Source: Christensenellales bacterium (GTDB lineage Bacteria; Bacillota; Clostridia; Christensenellales; Aristaeellaceae). From it: a stretch of DNA of 64,000 nt. The position numbers were made by a program, and so were the translations under genes. The notes under the pieces are model-generated. The model was not told where the DNA came from. It saw nothing but the letters and a program-made list of their open reading frames with translations, and did no database searches. The stretch spans positions 350 through 64,349 of the forward strand of contig JBGUSK010000075.1 of assembly GCA_045132495.1 (NCBI GenBank), read 5' to 3'. Below are positions 1-8,976 of this stretch, one piece after another. Within the stretch, counting starts at the first letter, position 1; each line of letters starts with the position of its first letter.

Positions 1-113
1 GCAAGGGTTTTTCAGTAAATCTTTTGCGTCTGCCAGCCTTCGCTTGCACTTTGGGTCCCCTTTTATGTTACACTGACAAAAACGTTTCCATACTGATATT
101 AGCAAGGTGTCCT

Positions 114-959
114 ATGCAATACAATCCCGTTCCGAAAGAAATGTACGCGCCCTGCGATCAGCCCGGAAAGCTGCAACGCTTCTGGTATACCAGCGGCGGT
201 AAACAAAAGGACGCCCTTGTCTACCTGCCCTATGGGTATGCGGACGGCACGGCGGATTATCCCGTACTGTACCTAATGCATGGCGGCGGAGGCAACTCCG
301 ACGAGTTCTTCGGCGGTCTCGAAGCCCGTACGCCGCTGAAGAATCTGCTGGACAACGCCATCGCCGCCGGATACGCCCGACCGATGATCGTCGTCGCGCC
401 GACGTACATGATCGAAGGCGTAGAGGGCGCTCGCCGTCAGATCGGCGAGGCGGTTCAGCTGACCCACCGATTCCCGGAGGAATTCAAGCGGGATCTGATC
501 CCCGCCATCCAGGCGAATTTCCGGGCAATGAATGACCGCAAAGCCCGCGCATTCGGCAGATTCTCCATGGGCGGCGAGACCACCTGGAGCGTCATGGCCC
601 AGGCTCTTAGGGATGTCTGGTGCTTCCTGCCCCTGTCCGGGGACTACTGGGCCGTTGGTCTCAAAGGCGGTAAGGATTTCCCTGTGGAAACGGCAGATGC
701 GCTGATCGCTTCCATCGCCGCATCGGGCGTGAATCCGGAGGATTACCGCGTCCTCCCCTGCACCGGCGACAAGGATATCGCCTATGAAGCCCTTGACCCC
801 ATGGTGCATGAGCTTGAAAAGCGTCATCCCTGGTTCACCCCGGGTGAAACGCCGGAAGAAGGCAACCTCTGCTACCTGCTCAAGCCCGATGGCTGGCACA
901 CTTATGACGACTGCTATGAGTACCTGTGGCACATGCTGCCCTGGTTGTTCGGCTGCTGA
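114..959 (+). CDS. Esterase, alpha/beta-hydrolase fold (putative esterase family, possibly carbohydrate/feruloyl esterase)
   Basis: ORF 24..959 starts at TTG; trimmed to the first ATG (114), which is preceded by AAGGTG. Motifs LMHGGGGNSDEFF and nucleophile-elbow-like FSMGGETTW. Hairpin terminator follows the TGA stop. Confidence 0.75.
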   Translation: MQYNPVPKEMYAPCDQPGKLQRFWYTSGGKQKDALVYLPYGYADGTADYPVLYLMHGGGGNSDEFFGGLEARTPLKNLLDNAIAAGYARPMIVVAPTYMIEGVEGARRQIGEAVQLTHRFPEEFKRDLIPAIQANFRAMNDRKARAFGRFSMGGETTWSVMAQALRDVWCFLPLSGDYWAVGLKGGKDFPVETADALIASIAASGVNPEDYRVLPCTGDKDIAYEALDPMVHELEKRHPWFTPGETPEEGNLCYLLKPDGWHTYDDCYEYLWHMLPWLFGC

Positions 960-966
960 GATCAGC

Positions 967-996
967 GGCGGAGTCCTGCGAAGGCTCCGCCGTTTT
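967..996. terminator. Bidirectional hairpin terminator between convergent genes
   Basis: GGCGGAG (967-973) pairs with CTCCGCC (985-991), followed by GTTTT. Confidence 0.5.
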
Positions 997-997
997 C

Positions 998-1981
998 TTA
1001 TTCTCGCGAGGGCGCTGTTATCCGCATCAGCAAAGCGCAGGCCGCACCTGCCAGCAGAATGACTGCCGCATCTACCGGCGCTATCACCAATGCGCCCATA
1101 CCGGCGAAGAAAAAGCCCTGTCCAAAGCGATACAGATGACCACCCAACAGCGCCATCTCGCCCAGGTACATCAGCAGCGTCACCACGGAGGATGTACACG
1201 CTGCCCAAATCGTACGCTGGCCATGCAGCACATTCCCCAGCATCAGCCCAGCCGTAACACCCAGCAGGATGAAAAATACCGCCATCAGTCCCGCGGACAA
1301 GGGCGATACCAGCAGGCTGCCGTCCCGTAAGAATGCGGTAAGGCAGGCCAGCACACACATCGCCAGGAAAGCCCCTGTCGCAGCGGACTGGGTGATCAGC
1401 AGGCGAAGGCGGCTCCAGTTGCCGGTGCAGACTGCGGAAAAAAACCCGTACAGGCAGCTCAGCATGCCCAAGATCAACACGATGGAAATCATATAGAAAT
1501 GGAGCTTGAAGGACGGATCATACTCCCCCATCAGCACCTCCACCTCCGACAGCGCTTCAGGCATCCGCAGCCCACCGGTCACCTCGATGGCCTTGTTGAT
1601 GGGCTGATAGCACATGTACATCTGCCAGCTTTCCAGTTTTGTCGTCACCCATCCGCGCACCATGACATTTTCGAGCAGAAGCTCGCTTGCAAAGAACACC
1701 GCCAGCGATAGCACGGAACCCGCCAGTATTGGACGGCGGATTCGCTGGACAAACCACGGCATGACAAGCGTGCCCGCCATCACCGCCAGGCTGATGGGCG
1801 TATACGGGATCACATATTTCGGGTAATTGGCACTCGAAACCACGCCATAACGAATCACGTCCGCAAGAATCCGTGCACCCATCATCAGCGGATATATCGA
1901 CAATACCAGCACCGCTGCAAGCGAGATCAGCCAGCAGCACCGCAGCCGTTTCGGCATATTCCTCATCCTTCCGCTTTTCAT
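998..1981 (-). CDS. Polytopic membrane protein, function unknown
   Basis: 327-aa ORF with ATG start and many hydrophobic helices (e.g. LISLAAVLVLSIYPLMMG, FYMISIVLILGMLSCLYGFF). No family recognised. Confidence 0.6.
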   Translation of the reverse strand: MKSGRMRNMPKRLRCCWLISLAAVLVLSIYPLMMGARILADVIRYGVVSSANYPKYVIPYTPISLAVMAGTLVMPWFVQRIRRPILAGSVLSLAVFFASELLLENVMVRGWVTTKLESWQMYMCYQPINKAIEVTGGLRMPEALSEVEVLMGEYDPSFKLHFYMISIVLILGMLSCLYGFFSAVCTGNWSRLRLLITQSAATGAFLAMCVLACLTAFLRDGSLLVSPLSAGLMAVFFILLGVTAGLMLGNVLHGQRTIWAACTSSVVTLLMYLGEMALLGGHLYRFGQGFFFAGMGALVIAPVDAAVILLAGAACALLMRITAPSRE

Positions 1982-2062
1982 CTTCGGTCAGTATATCAAC
2001 CGCAGCGACAGCCGTCAAGATGCGCGGCACAATTGTTACAACTCCTGCCGATGCCGGGTTCA

Positions 2063-2091
2063 TTGACAAGCCTCGCGAAAAATGATATATT
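2063..2091 (+). promoter_or_regulatory. SigA-type promoter of the GH5 gene
   Basis: TTGACA (2063-2068), 17-nt spacer, TATATT (2086-2091) with an upstream TG (extended -10). Confidence 0.5.
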
Positions 2092-2142
2092 GATTGCACC
2101 CAACCCAGCGTTTTCATTATTCTCTGAAAGGATGGACGGTTC

Positions 2143-3891
2143 ATGAAGAAACTCGTCTGCACCCTGCTGGCACTCCTGCTGCTCAGCGTCCTGCCCGCCA
2201 TGGCAGACTCCGCCGATGACGGCGTTATGCGCGAAGGGCTCACCGCCGTGGAGCTCACCCGCCTGATGGGCAACGGCACCAACCTGGGCAATACCCTTGA
2301 GGCTTGCGACAACAAGCGGGGCAATTTCTCCACCGACCCCAAGAGCTACGAAACCTACTGGGGCCAGCCCGTCACCACCCAGGCGATGCTCACCGCCATG
2401 AAGGCCGCCGGCTTTGACACCATCCGCATCCCTGTGGCCTGGATGACCAACGCCACCAATCTGGACAAGGGCGATTACACCATTGATCCCGCCTACCTGG
2501 CCCGTGTCAAGGAGGTCGTCGACTACGCCCGCAATGCGGATATGTATGTCATCCTCAACGACCACTGGGACGGCGGCTGGTGGGGCATGTTCGGCTCGGA
2601 GGACAAGGCCACCCGCGACCTGGCCCTGGAAGCCTACAAGGGCATGTGGACGCAGATCGCTGAGTACTTCCGGGATTACTCGGACTATGTGATCTTCGAG
2701 TCCGCCAACGAAGAGCTGGGCGCCCGTTTTGATGAGGATTCCCCGCTGTACTGCTCCGATTCCGCCGCAAAGCCGATGATGGATCTCCTGCGCTACAACG
2801 TCTGCAACCAGATCAATCAGGCCTTTGTGGATACCGTTCGCGCCACCGGCGGCAACAACGCCCAGCGCTTCCTGCTCATCGCAGGCTATGGCACCAATAT
2901 TGATTCTACCTGTGATTCCCGCTTCTTCATGCCCCGGGACTCCGCTCAGAAGAAGCTCCTCGTCTCCGTGCACTACTATGATCCCTGGAGCTACTGCGGC
3001 GCCACCGACGCGACGGGCGCCACTGCCTGGGGCATCACTTCCGACTATGAATACATGGACAAGCAGCTGGCCAAAATGACCAAGTTTGTCAAGCGCGGCG
3101 TCGGCGTGGTCATCGGCGAATACGGCGCGCTGCCGGATGACAAGGGCCGCATCAAGGCCAACAGCCTCGCCTACCACACCCGCTTCCTCGACCTGTGCGA
3201 CTACTACGACCTGACTTCCTGCCTGTGGGACTGCAGCGGCTTCTTTGTCCGCCGGACACTGAGCATGTCCGATTCCAAGCTGGCGGAGCTCTATGTTTCC
3301 CGCAATGCCGCCTCCGAGGCCGGCAAGGAATACGCGGAGATCCAGTCCGCCGCCAAGGTCCGCCTGGACGAAGCCCTTGCCGCTGCACCCGCCACCTACC
3401 GGGATGTTCAGCTGGAGATCAGCGACACCGCCACCGCCGCCTGGATCATGTGGAACTCCGGCGACTGGGCCTTGTCCTACTCCGTGGGCGACACCTACAG
3501 CCCGGACGCCATCTCTCCCGGCATGACGGTCACTGACGCCCAGGTCACCGGCCCCGGCGTCTACACCGTCAAACTGGACTTCACCGGCACGCAGCAGGGT
3601 GCGTCCGCCTCCGTGGGCTTCTCCGCCCTGGCGATCATGAACGGCGAGAAGCTCTTCCCCAACCATCAGATCGTCATCCGTGAGGTGCTGGTCAACGGGC
3701 AGCCCCACACCCTCACCGGCACGCCCTACACCACTACGGACGACGGCGTGACCAGCCGCGTCAACCTGTACAACGAATGGGTGGGCAAGAAGACCGGCGT
3801 GACCGCCACGCCCCTGAACAAGAATGCCCCCGAAATGAAGAAGATCAAGACCATCTCAGTCACCTTTGAGCTCGTTGCTCCGGCTGAATAA
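2143..3891 (+). CDS. Secreted glycoside hydrolase family 5 (cellulase/mannanase-type) with C-terminal binding-like domain
   Basis: Signal peptide MKKLVCTLLALLLLSVLPAMA. GH5-like motifs GTNLGNTLEA, ILNDHWDGGWW, FESANEE, VHYYDPW. About 200 extra C-terminal residues. Confidence 0.85.
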   Translation: MKKLVCTLLALLLLSVLPAMADSADDGVMREGLTAVELTRLMGNGTNLGNTLEACDNKRGNFSTDPKSYETYWGQPVTTQAMLTAMKAAGFDTIRIPVAWMTNATNLDKGDYTIDPAYLARVKEVVDYARNADMYVILNDHWDGGWWGMFGSEDKATRDLALEAYKGMWTQIAEYFRDYSDYVIFESANEELGARFDEDSPLYCSDSAAKPMMDLLRYNVCNQINQAFVDTVRATGGNNAQRFLLIAGYGTNIDSTCDSRFFMPRDSAQKKLLVSVHYYDPWSYCGATDATGATAWGITSDYEYMDKQLAKMTKFVKRGVGVVIGEYGALPDDKGRIKANSLAYHTRFLDLCDYYDLTSCLWDCSGFFVRRTLSMSDSKLAELYVSRNAASEAGKEYAEIQSAAKVRLDEALAAAPATYRDVQLEISDTATAAWIMWNSGDWALSYSVGDTYSPDAISPGMTVTDAQVTGPGVYTVKLDFTGTQQGASASVGFSALAIMNGEKLFPNHQIVIREVLVNGQPHTLTGTPYTTTDDGVTSRVNLYNEWVGKKTGVTATPLNKNAPEMKKIKTISVTFELVAPAE

Positions 3892-3900
3892 CGTCAAGAC

Positions 3901-3928
3901 AGGCTCCTCCGCATAAGCGGAGGAGCCT
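3901..3928. terminator. Bidirectional hairpin terminator
   Basis: 12-bp stem AGGCTCCTCCGC / GCGGAGGAGCCT with an ATAA loop, followed by a T-rich run. Confidence 0.7.
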
Positions 3929-3937
3929 TCGTCTTTC

Positions 3938-4489
3938 TCACAGGTACTGTTCGATCGCGCCCACGACCTGCTTCGCCACGAGGGTGTTGCCCTCCTCGTT
4001 CAGGTGCAGGTGATCGCCGCGGTCATAGGTGACCATCTTATCATGGAAGCCGGCATACAGGTCATCCACCGGGATGTCGTACTTCGCCGCGACCTTCTTG
4101 ATGATGTTGTTGTAGCTGATGATGCCCGTGTGATCAGGGCCGGTGGTGGGCATGATGGTGGCAAAGATGATCTTCACGCCGGGGAAAAGCTTGCGCAGCA
4201 CGATCACCGTGCGCTCCACCGCGGACTCGTACTCCTCCGGCAGGGAGAAGGGGCGGCCGATGTGGTAGTCATCGCCCAGATCCCACAGGCCGCAATTCCA
4301 GTGGACGATATCCGGCACGGGGAACTGATCAAGCCAGAATCGCAGGGAGTTCAGCGTGTAGCCCGCCCAGCGGCCGTTTTCACTGGGGCCGTAAACGCCG
4401 GCGCGGCCCTCGAGGATCTGGCGGACAAAGGGTTCATAGCCCTGGCGGCGGCTGTCGCCCAGGAGCAAAATGTTTTTCATTTCAGACAT
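3938..4489 (-). CDS. SGNH/GDSL-family hydrolase
   Basis: N-terminal block I LLLGDSRRQ (GDS) and C-terminal DHLHLN (DxxH block V). 183 aa, ATG start. Confidence 0.75.
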   Translation of the reverse strand: MSEMKNILLLGDSRRQGYEPFVRQILEGRAGVYGPSENGRWAGYTLNSLRFWLDQFPVPDIVHWNCGLWDLGDDYHIGRPFSLPEEYESAVERTVIVLRKLFPGVKIIFATIMPTTGPDHTGIISYNNIIKKVAAKYDIPVDDLYAGFHDKMVTYDRGDHLHLNEEGNTLVAKQVVGAIEQYL

Positions 4490-4646
4490 GGCGGATGCCT
4501 CCTTGTTTCAATCGGGATCAGTATAGCACAGCTTGCACGAAATTGCTATCACCCAAGCAAATTTTCATCTTCCCTATCCGCCCAATATGTGTTATACTGA
4601 TGCCAACGTGATTTAATCGCACCCAACAGAATAAGGAGGTTCCCCC

Positions 4647-5669
4647 ATGAAAGCACTCTTTATCGGCGGTACCGGCACCATCTCGATGGCCATCACCCGC
4701 GCCCTGGCACAGAATCCCGACTGGGAGCTGTACCTGCTCAACCGCGGCAGCCGTGAGGATGAGCTCCCCGCCGGCGTACACACCATCCACGCCAACATCA
4801 ATGACGAGCAGGAAGCCGCCAAGGCCCTGGAAGAGATGACGTTCGACTGTGTGTGTGACTTCATCGCTTTCGTCCCCGGCCAGCTGGAGCGCGATTACCG
4901 CCTCTTCAGCGTCAAGACCAAGCAGTTCATGTTCATCTCCTCCGCCTCTGCTTACCAGAAGCCCCTGGCGGATTATCGCATCACCGAGTCCACGCCCCTG
5001 GTCAATCCCTATTGGGAGTACAGCCGCAACAAGATCGCCTGCGAAGAATATCTGATGAAGATGCATCGGGAGAATGGCTTCCCGGTGACGATCATCCGTC
5101 CCAGCCACACCTACGACGAGCGCAATGTGCCCGTGGGCGCCCATGGCGATAACGGCTCCTGGCAGGTCCTCAAGCGCATGATGGAAGGCAAGCCCGTCAT
5201 CGTCCACGGCGACGGCACCACTCTGTGGACCATCACCCACAACACCGATTTCGCCAAGGCCTTCATCGGCCTGATGGGCAATATCCATGCCATCGGCGAA
5301 GCCTACCACATCACCTCCGACGAGTCAGTCACCTGGAACCAGATCTATCGCATCATCGCGGACGAGCTGGGCGTGGAGCTGAAGCCCTACTATGTGCCCT
5401 CCGACTTCCTGCATAAGGCGGGCAAGTATGACTTCGAGGGCGGCCTCATCGGCGACAAGGCCAACACCGTCGTGTTTGACAATTCCAAGGTCAAGCGGGC
5501 CATGCCGGACTTCGTGTGCACCGTGCGCGCGGATCAGGGCCTGCGCAAGACCGTCCGCCACATGCTGGCCACCCCCGAGCTGCAGGTGGAAGACCCTGAG
5601 TTCGACGCCTGGTGCGACAAGGTGATCACCGCCATGGAAAAAGCAAAGGAGGACATTCTCAATGGTTAA
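4647..5669 (+). CDS. NAD-dependent epimerase/dehydratase family protein
   Basis: Rossmann motif MKALFIGGTGTIS at the N-terminus. SD AAGGAGG lies 7 nt upstream. 340 aa. Confidence 0.8.
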   Translation: MKALFIGGTGTISMAITRALAQNPDWELYLLNRGSREDELPAGVHTIHANINDEQEAAKALEEMTFDCVCDFIAFVPGQLERDYRLFSVKTKQFMFISSASAYQKPLADYRITESTPLVNPYWEYSRNKIACEEYLMKMHRENGFPVTIIRPSHTYDERNVPVGAHGDNGSWQVLKRMMEGKPVIVHGDGTTLWTITHNTDFAKAFIGLMGNIHAIGEAYHITSDESVTWNQIYRIIADELGVELKPYYVPSDFLHKAGKYDFEGGLIGDKANTVVFDNSKVKRAMPDFVCTVRADQGLRKTVRHMLATPELQVEDPEFDAWCDKVITAMEKAKEDILNG

Positions 5670-6408
5670 TATGAAGGGACGCTGGTGCCTGATCACCGGC
5701 GCAGCACGCGGCATCGGCTATCTGACCGCGAAGTTCATGGCAGAGCAGGGCGCGAACCTGATCCTGCACAGCCGCAAGCTGGCCCACACCGAAAAGGTGC
5801 TGGAAGAAGTCCGCGCCCTGGGTGTGGAGGCCTACGCAGTGGAAGCTGAACTCACCGACCTGGAGGCCGTCAAGGCCATGCTGGCGCAGATCGACGAGCG
5901 CGGCACCCAGGTGGATATCGTCCTCAACAACGCGGGCATGCAGATCGCCTATCGCGTGGACTATTTGAAGACTCCCATCGAGGACTACACCGAGTCCTTC
6001 AAGATCAACACCATCGCCCCTATGATGATCTGCTACCACTTCCTGCCCGGCATGATGGAACGGGGCTTCGGCCGCATCCTGAACACCACCAGCGGCATCC
6101 GCCTGGATCCCCAGCAGGCAGGCTACTCCGCCAGCAAGGCAGCCCTGGACAAGGTCACCATCGACCTGGGAAGCAAGGTGCAGGGCACGGATGTGATGAT
6201 CAACCTGACCGATCCCGGCTGGTGCCGCACCGACCTGGGCGGCCCCCACGCCCCCAACGCCCCCGAAAGCGCCATCCCCGGCATTGTGGTAGGCGCCTTC
6301 GTGGACGACAAGAAGTCTGGCCGCTACCTCAATGCACCGCACTTCACCGGCATGACGCTGGAGGATGCAGTGAAGAAGGCCGAAGCGGAGTTCGACAGTC
6401 CTTATTGA
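5662..6408 (+). CDS. Short-chain dehydrogenase/reductase (SDR) family oxidoreductase
   Basis: ITGAARGIGY cofactor motif, NNAG, and YSASKAAL (YxxxK). Start ATG overlaps the upstream stop by 8 nt. SD AAGGAGG at 5646-5652. Confidence 0.8.
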   Translation: MVNMKGRWCLITGAARGIGYLTAKFMAEQGANLILHSRKLAHTEKVLEEVRALGVEAYAVEAELTDLEAVKAMLAQIDERGTQVDIVLNNAGMQIAYRVDYLKTPIEDYTESFKINTIAPMMICYHFLPGMMERGFGRILNTTSGIRLDPQQAGYSASKAALDKVTIDLGSKVQGTDVMINLTDPGWCRTDLGGPHAPNAPESAIPGIVVGAFVDDKKSGRYLNAPHFTGMTLEDAVKKAEAEFDSPY

Positions 6409-6486
6409 CCCATACGCGTCTCCCGACAGCTGGGAGGATGGAAAGGAAGGAGTTATCCTTCCCTTTGCACCAAAGAAATACCGAAA

Positions 6487-6516
6487 CAGCAAGCCCGCCA
6501 AGGCTTGCTGTTTCTT
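6487..6516 (+). terminator. Rho-independent terminator after the SDR gene
   Basis: 9-bp stem CAGCAAGCC / GGCTTGCTG followed by TTTCTTGTT. Confidence 0.65.
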
Positions 6517-6572
6517 GTTCTGCGTGATAGAATGAAAGCGACAAACTTGAATTTGGCGAAAGGATTGGATAT

Positions 6573-7013
6573 ATGGACAGACAACTTTTTTTCGAAATCA
6601 TTATGACTATCTGCGATTGGGACGCAATGGGTGATGATGACAAGGTGTTAAGTCCCTTGATAGAGTATCTGGCACAACAGCCAGACGAAACCATATTTTC
6701 TTTCGACGAAACTATGGCAGAGTTGCTTTTTGAATTGGACACAAAAAAGAACTTTAGAAAGGCTCGCAGATACTATAACCACTCGGATGATAGCTTTCTT
6801 TATTCTCGCTGTTGCGCGTTGATTAACGGTGAGGAGTATTATGAGAAGGCTAAAGCTGGGAAGGTTAGTGATCTATGGCAAATGGAATTTGAAGCCATTT
6901 TGAGTGTTCCTATGTGCGCGTGGGAAAGAAAGCACGGAGAAGATGCTGGTGATTATCCGTATTCGACAACAAAAAGCTATGAAACAGGAAGTAATGCCGA
7001 AGGATGGAAATAA
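6573..7013 (+). CDS. DUF4240-like small acidic protein on a low-GC islet
   Basis: 146-aa ORF. The SDDSFLYSRCCALINGEEYYEKA segment resembles the DUF4240 core as I recall it. A sampled 60-nt line is 45% GC versus about 60% in the flanks. The gene has its own terminator. Confidence 0.6.
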   Translation: MDRQLFFEIIMTICDWDAMGDDDKVLSPLIEYLAQQPDETIFSFDETMAELLFELDTKKNFRKARRYYNHSDDSFLYSRCCALINGEEYYEKAKAGKVSDLWQMEFEAILSVPMCAWERKHGEDAGDYPYSTTKSYETGSNAEGWK

Positions 7014-7121
7014 CGACAAATTCCAATTTGTTGAGCAAACCAAAGCAGATTTTCTCCCTCTTAGGAGGGCGCAATTATGCGCACTGTACCAGTGCATTGC
7101 GTCTGTGCAACCACATGAAAA

Positions 7122-7153
7122 ACGAGCATCCAAACACGGATGCTCGTTTGTTC
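7122..7153 (+). terminator. Rho-independent terminator after the DUF4240-like gene
   Basis: 10-bp stem ACGAGCATCC / GGATGCTCGT followed by TTTGTT. Confidence 0.65.
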
Positions 7154-7254
7154 GTTGCAGGATAAATTGTTCCTTAACAACCCTCCTACCACCGGGAGGC
7201 GCTTTTTCTTACCGCAATTGTTTTGACATCCCAAGGAATTTTGCCGGCCAGCGC

Positions 7255-7283
7255 TTGACGAATTCCCGTTAAAATCCTATAAT
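7255..7283 (+). promoter_or_regulatory. SigA-type promoter of the phosphodiesterase gene
   Basis: TTGACG (7255-7260), 17-nt spacer, TATAAT (7278-7283). Confidence 0.55.
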
Positions 7284-7335
7284 GGGGAGGTATTCCAAAC
7301 CCTGATACAAGCTTTGACAAAGGAGAAATCCGGTT

Positions 7336-8373
7336 ATGAAGAAATTTTTCAAAGGCCTTGCCGTTGTGGTGCTGGTGCTGCTTCTCGCCTGGCTGGTGTG
7401 CTTCATTCTGCCCAAGCCGCAGAATTTCCCCATGGATAACCCCATGATGAAAAGCAGCGAGCTGCCCATCCTCATCGCCCACGGCGGCGGCAACCGGGAG
7501 TTCCCCGACAACACCCTGGAGGCCTTCTACAACGCCTACAGCGTCGATCCCCGCGCGATGATGGAAACCGATGTGTCCATCACCAGGGACGGCGTGGTCA
7601 TCCTCTCCCACGATGTACGCCTTGACCGCAAGACCAACGTCACTGGCGAGATCGCTGAATGGAACTACACCGACCTCATCGCCCAGAAGGTCGATTTCGG
7701 CTACACGAACCAGACCAAGTCTCAGGTGCGGGTCGAAGGCAGCGAGCTGATCAAATTCACCACCGATGACGGCAAGGCTGTCACTCCGCTGGATGTGGAG
7801 TATCCCGAAGGCATCACACCTCGTGACAGTGAGGTTTTCCTCGCCACCACGCTGGAGGAGCTGATCGTCGCTTTCCCGGAGAACGCCATCAATGTGGAGA
7901 TCAAGCAGGAAGGCGAGCTGGGCATGAAGTGCATGCAGGAGGTTCTCCGCCTTCTAAAAAAGCACAACGCCTGGGATCGCGTGGTGCTGGCCTCCTTCCA
8001 CAACGACATCTACGCCGAGTACCAGCGCCTGCAGGAAACCGGTGAAGTGCCGGAGAACTTCATGTGCTCCCCCGGTTTGGGCAACGCAGCGATCTTCTAC
8101 GTCATGCATCTGCTGGGCGCCGACTCCCTGTTCCAGGATGATATGTGCGTCTTCCAGCTGCCCATCGACTACTCCCTTGCCGGACTGACCTTCGATCTGG
8201 CTACTGAATACCTGGTGGATACGGCCCACAAGCATAACCTGGCCGTGCACTACTGGACGATCAATGATCCCGAAGAAATGCGCATGCTGATCGGCATCGG
8301 CGCGGACGGCATCATGACCGACTACCCTCACCGCCTGGCGGAGGTGTACGCTGAGTATGCCGAAGCGGAATAA
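7336..8373 (+). CDS. Glycerophosphodiester phosphodiesterase family protein, N-terminally membrane anchored
   Basis: GDPD signature IAHGGGNREFPDNTLEAF plus a later HYWTIND. N-terminal hydrophobic anchor. SD AAAGGAG. Confidence 0.85.
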   Translation: MKKFFKGLAVVVLVLLLAWLVCFILPKPQNFPMDNPMMKSSELPILIAHGGGNREFPDNTLEAFYNAYSVDPRAMMETDVSITRDGVVILSHDVRLDRKTNVTGEIAEWNYTDLIAQKVDFGYTNQTKSQVRVEGSELIKFTTDDGKAVTPLDVEYPEGITPRDSEVFLATTLEELIVAFPENAINVEIKQEGELGMKCMQEVLRLLKKHNAWDRVVLASFHNDIYAEYQRLQETGEVPENFMCSPGLGNAAIFYVMHLLGADSLFQDDMCVFQLPIDYSLAGLTFDLATEYLVDTAHKHNLAVHYWTINDPEEMRMLIGIGADGIMTDYPHRLAEVYAEYAEAE

Positions 8374-8386
8374 CTCCATGCACACA

Positions 8387-8423
8387 CAGCCCGGAGGCAG
8401 TCGCTTCCGGGCTGGTTCTTTTT
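8387..8423 (+). terminator. Rho-independent terminator
   Basis: Stem CAGCCCGGA / TCCGGGCTG followed by GTTCTTTTT. Confidence 0.65.
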
Positions 8424-8490
8424 GAAACAGACGTTGGCACGGCTCACGCAGGCTCGCTCAAATGCCTGCCCGCAAAAAGGCGCGTTCCCC

Positions 8491-8519
8491 TTGTTCCCCT
8501 GCGCCATGCATGCTATAAT
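8491..8519 (+). promoter_or_regulatory. Candidate SigA-type promoter
   Basis: TTGTTC, 17-nt spacer, TATAAT (8514-8519), about 35 nt upstream of the 8553 start. Confidence 0.4.
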
Positions 8520-8552
8520 ATCCCCATCCACTGACGAAGGGAGGCCTCCGCC

Positions 8553-8954
8553 ATGTCCGACCAGACCCCCAATACGCTTCGAAGCTTCATTGATGCCGTC
8601 CACGGCAGCAAATGGGCGCGCATCATCCCTCTGGCGCTGATGGGGCTGCTCTATGTGATTTCCATGATCGCCTGGCCCCCCGCAGAGCCCATGGGCTGGG
8701 TGCTCCCACTGCTGCTGGACGCTCTTTTTGCAGGCAGCATGTACTTCATCAACCGGTTCTCCCCCAGCAATGAGCGATTCGGCAATCTCTGCGTCCTGTT
8801 TTTCAGCCTCTCCGCGGCCATCGCCACCCTCATGGGGCTCCGCGTTCTTCCGCATACGCTCCAGAAGGGCTTCAACCCCGGCCTGGGCGTTGGCCCGGCC
8901 ATGTTCCTGGGCATCTCCCTCTACCACCGCCGCCGCATGAAAAAGGGCATTTGA
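8553..8954 (+). CDS. Small membrane protein, unknown function
   Basis: 133 aa with 3-4 hydrophobic segments. SD GGGAGG. No family recognised. Confidence 0.5.
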   Translation: MSDQTPNTLRSFIDAVHGSKWARIIPLALMGLLYVISMIAWPPAEPMGWVLPLLLDALFAGSMYFINRFSPSNERFGNLCVLFFSLSAAIATLMGLRVLPHTLQKGFNPGLGVGPAMFLGISLYHRRRMKKGI

Positions 8955-8976
8955 TGCCCCCAAGGAGGCCTCCGCC

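Noticed and set aside
24-113. N-terminal extensions given by the ORF track (e.g. 24-113, 17636-17689, 20083-20169, 37430-37504, 38232-38315, 41861-42067, 43961-44044, 45449-45538, 47703-47828, 48531-48593, 59097-59129)
   Set aside because: In several cases the track's first codon is TTG or GTG (checked for 24, 17689, 45449 and 60469). The extensions lack an SD or run through terminators, promoters or the T-box, whereas an internal ATG with a good SD matches the expected protein N-terminus.
1996-3708. Very long ORFs antisense to or overlapping called genes. Examples: 1996..3708(-), 9883..11337(-), 13423..15213(+), 15881..18859(+), 20050..22968(-), 26343..28997(+), 29206..31002(+), 33825..36317(+), 36215..37462(+), 55459..56640(+), 56814..58208(+), 60532..61806(-).
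   Set aside because: They mirror genes that have clear family motifs on the other strand. Their translations are low-complexity G/A/V/H/D/R-rich with no SD or recognisable motif. Long open antisense frames are expected at about 60% GC.
7077-7118. 13-codon ORF MRTVPVHCVCATT with an AGGAGGG SD 7 nt upstream and a terminator downstream
   Set aside because: It is too short to evaluate and may simply be part of the structured 3' region of the DUF4240 islet. There is no adjacent modifying enzyme or regulated gene to suggest a leader peptide or RiPP.
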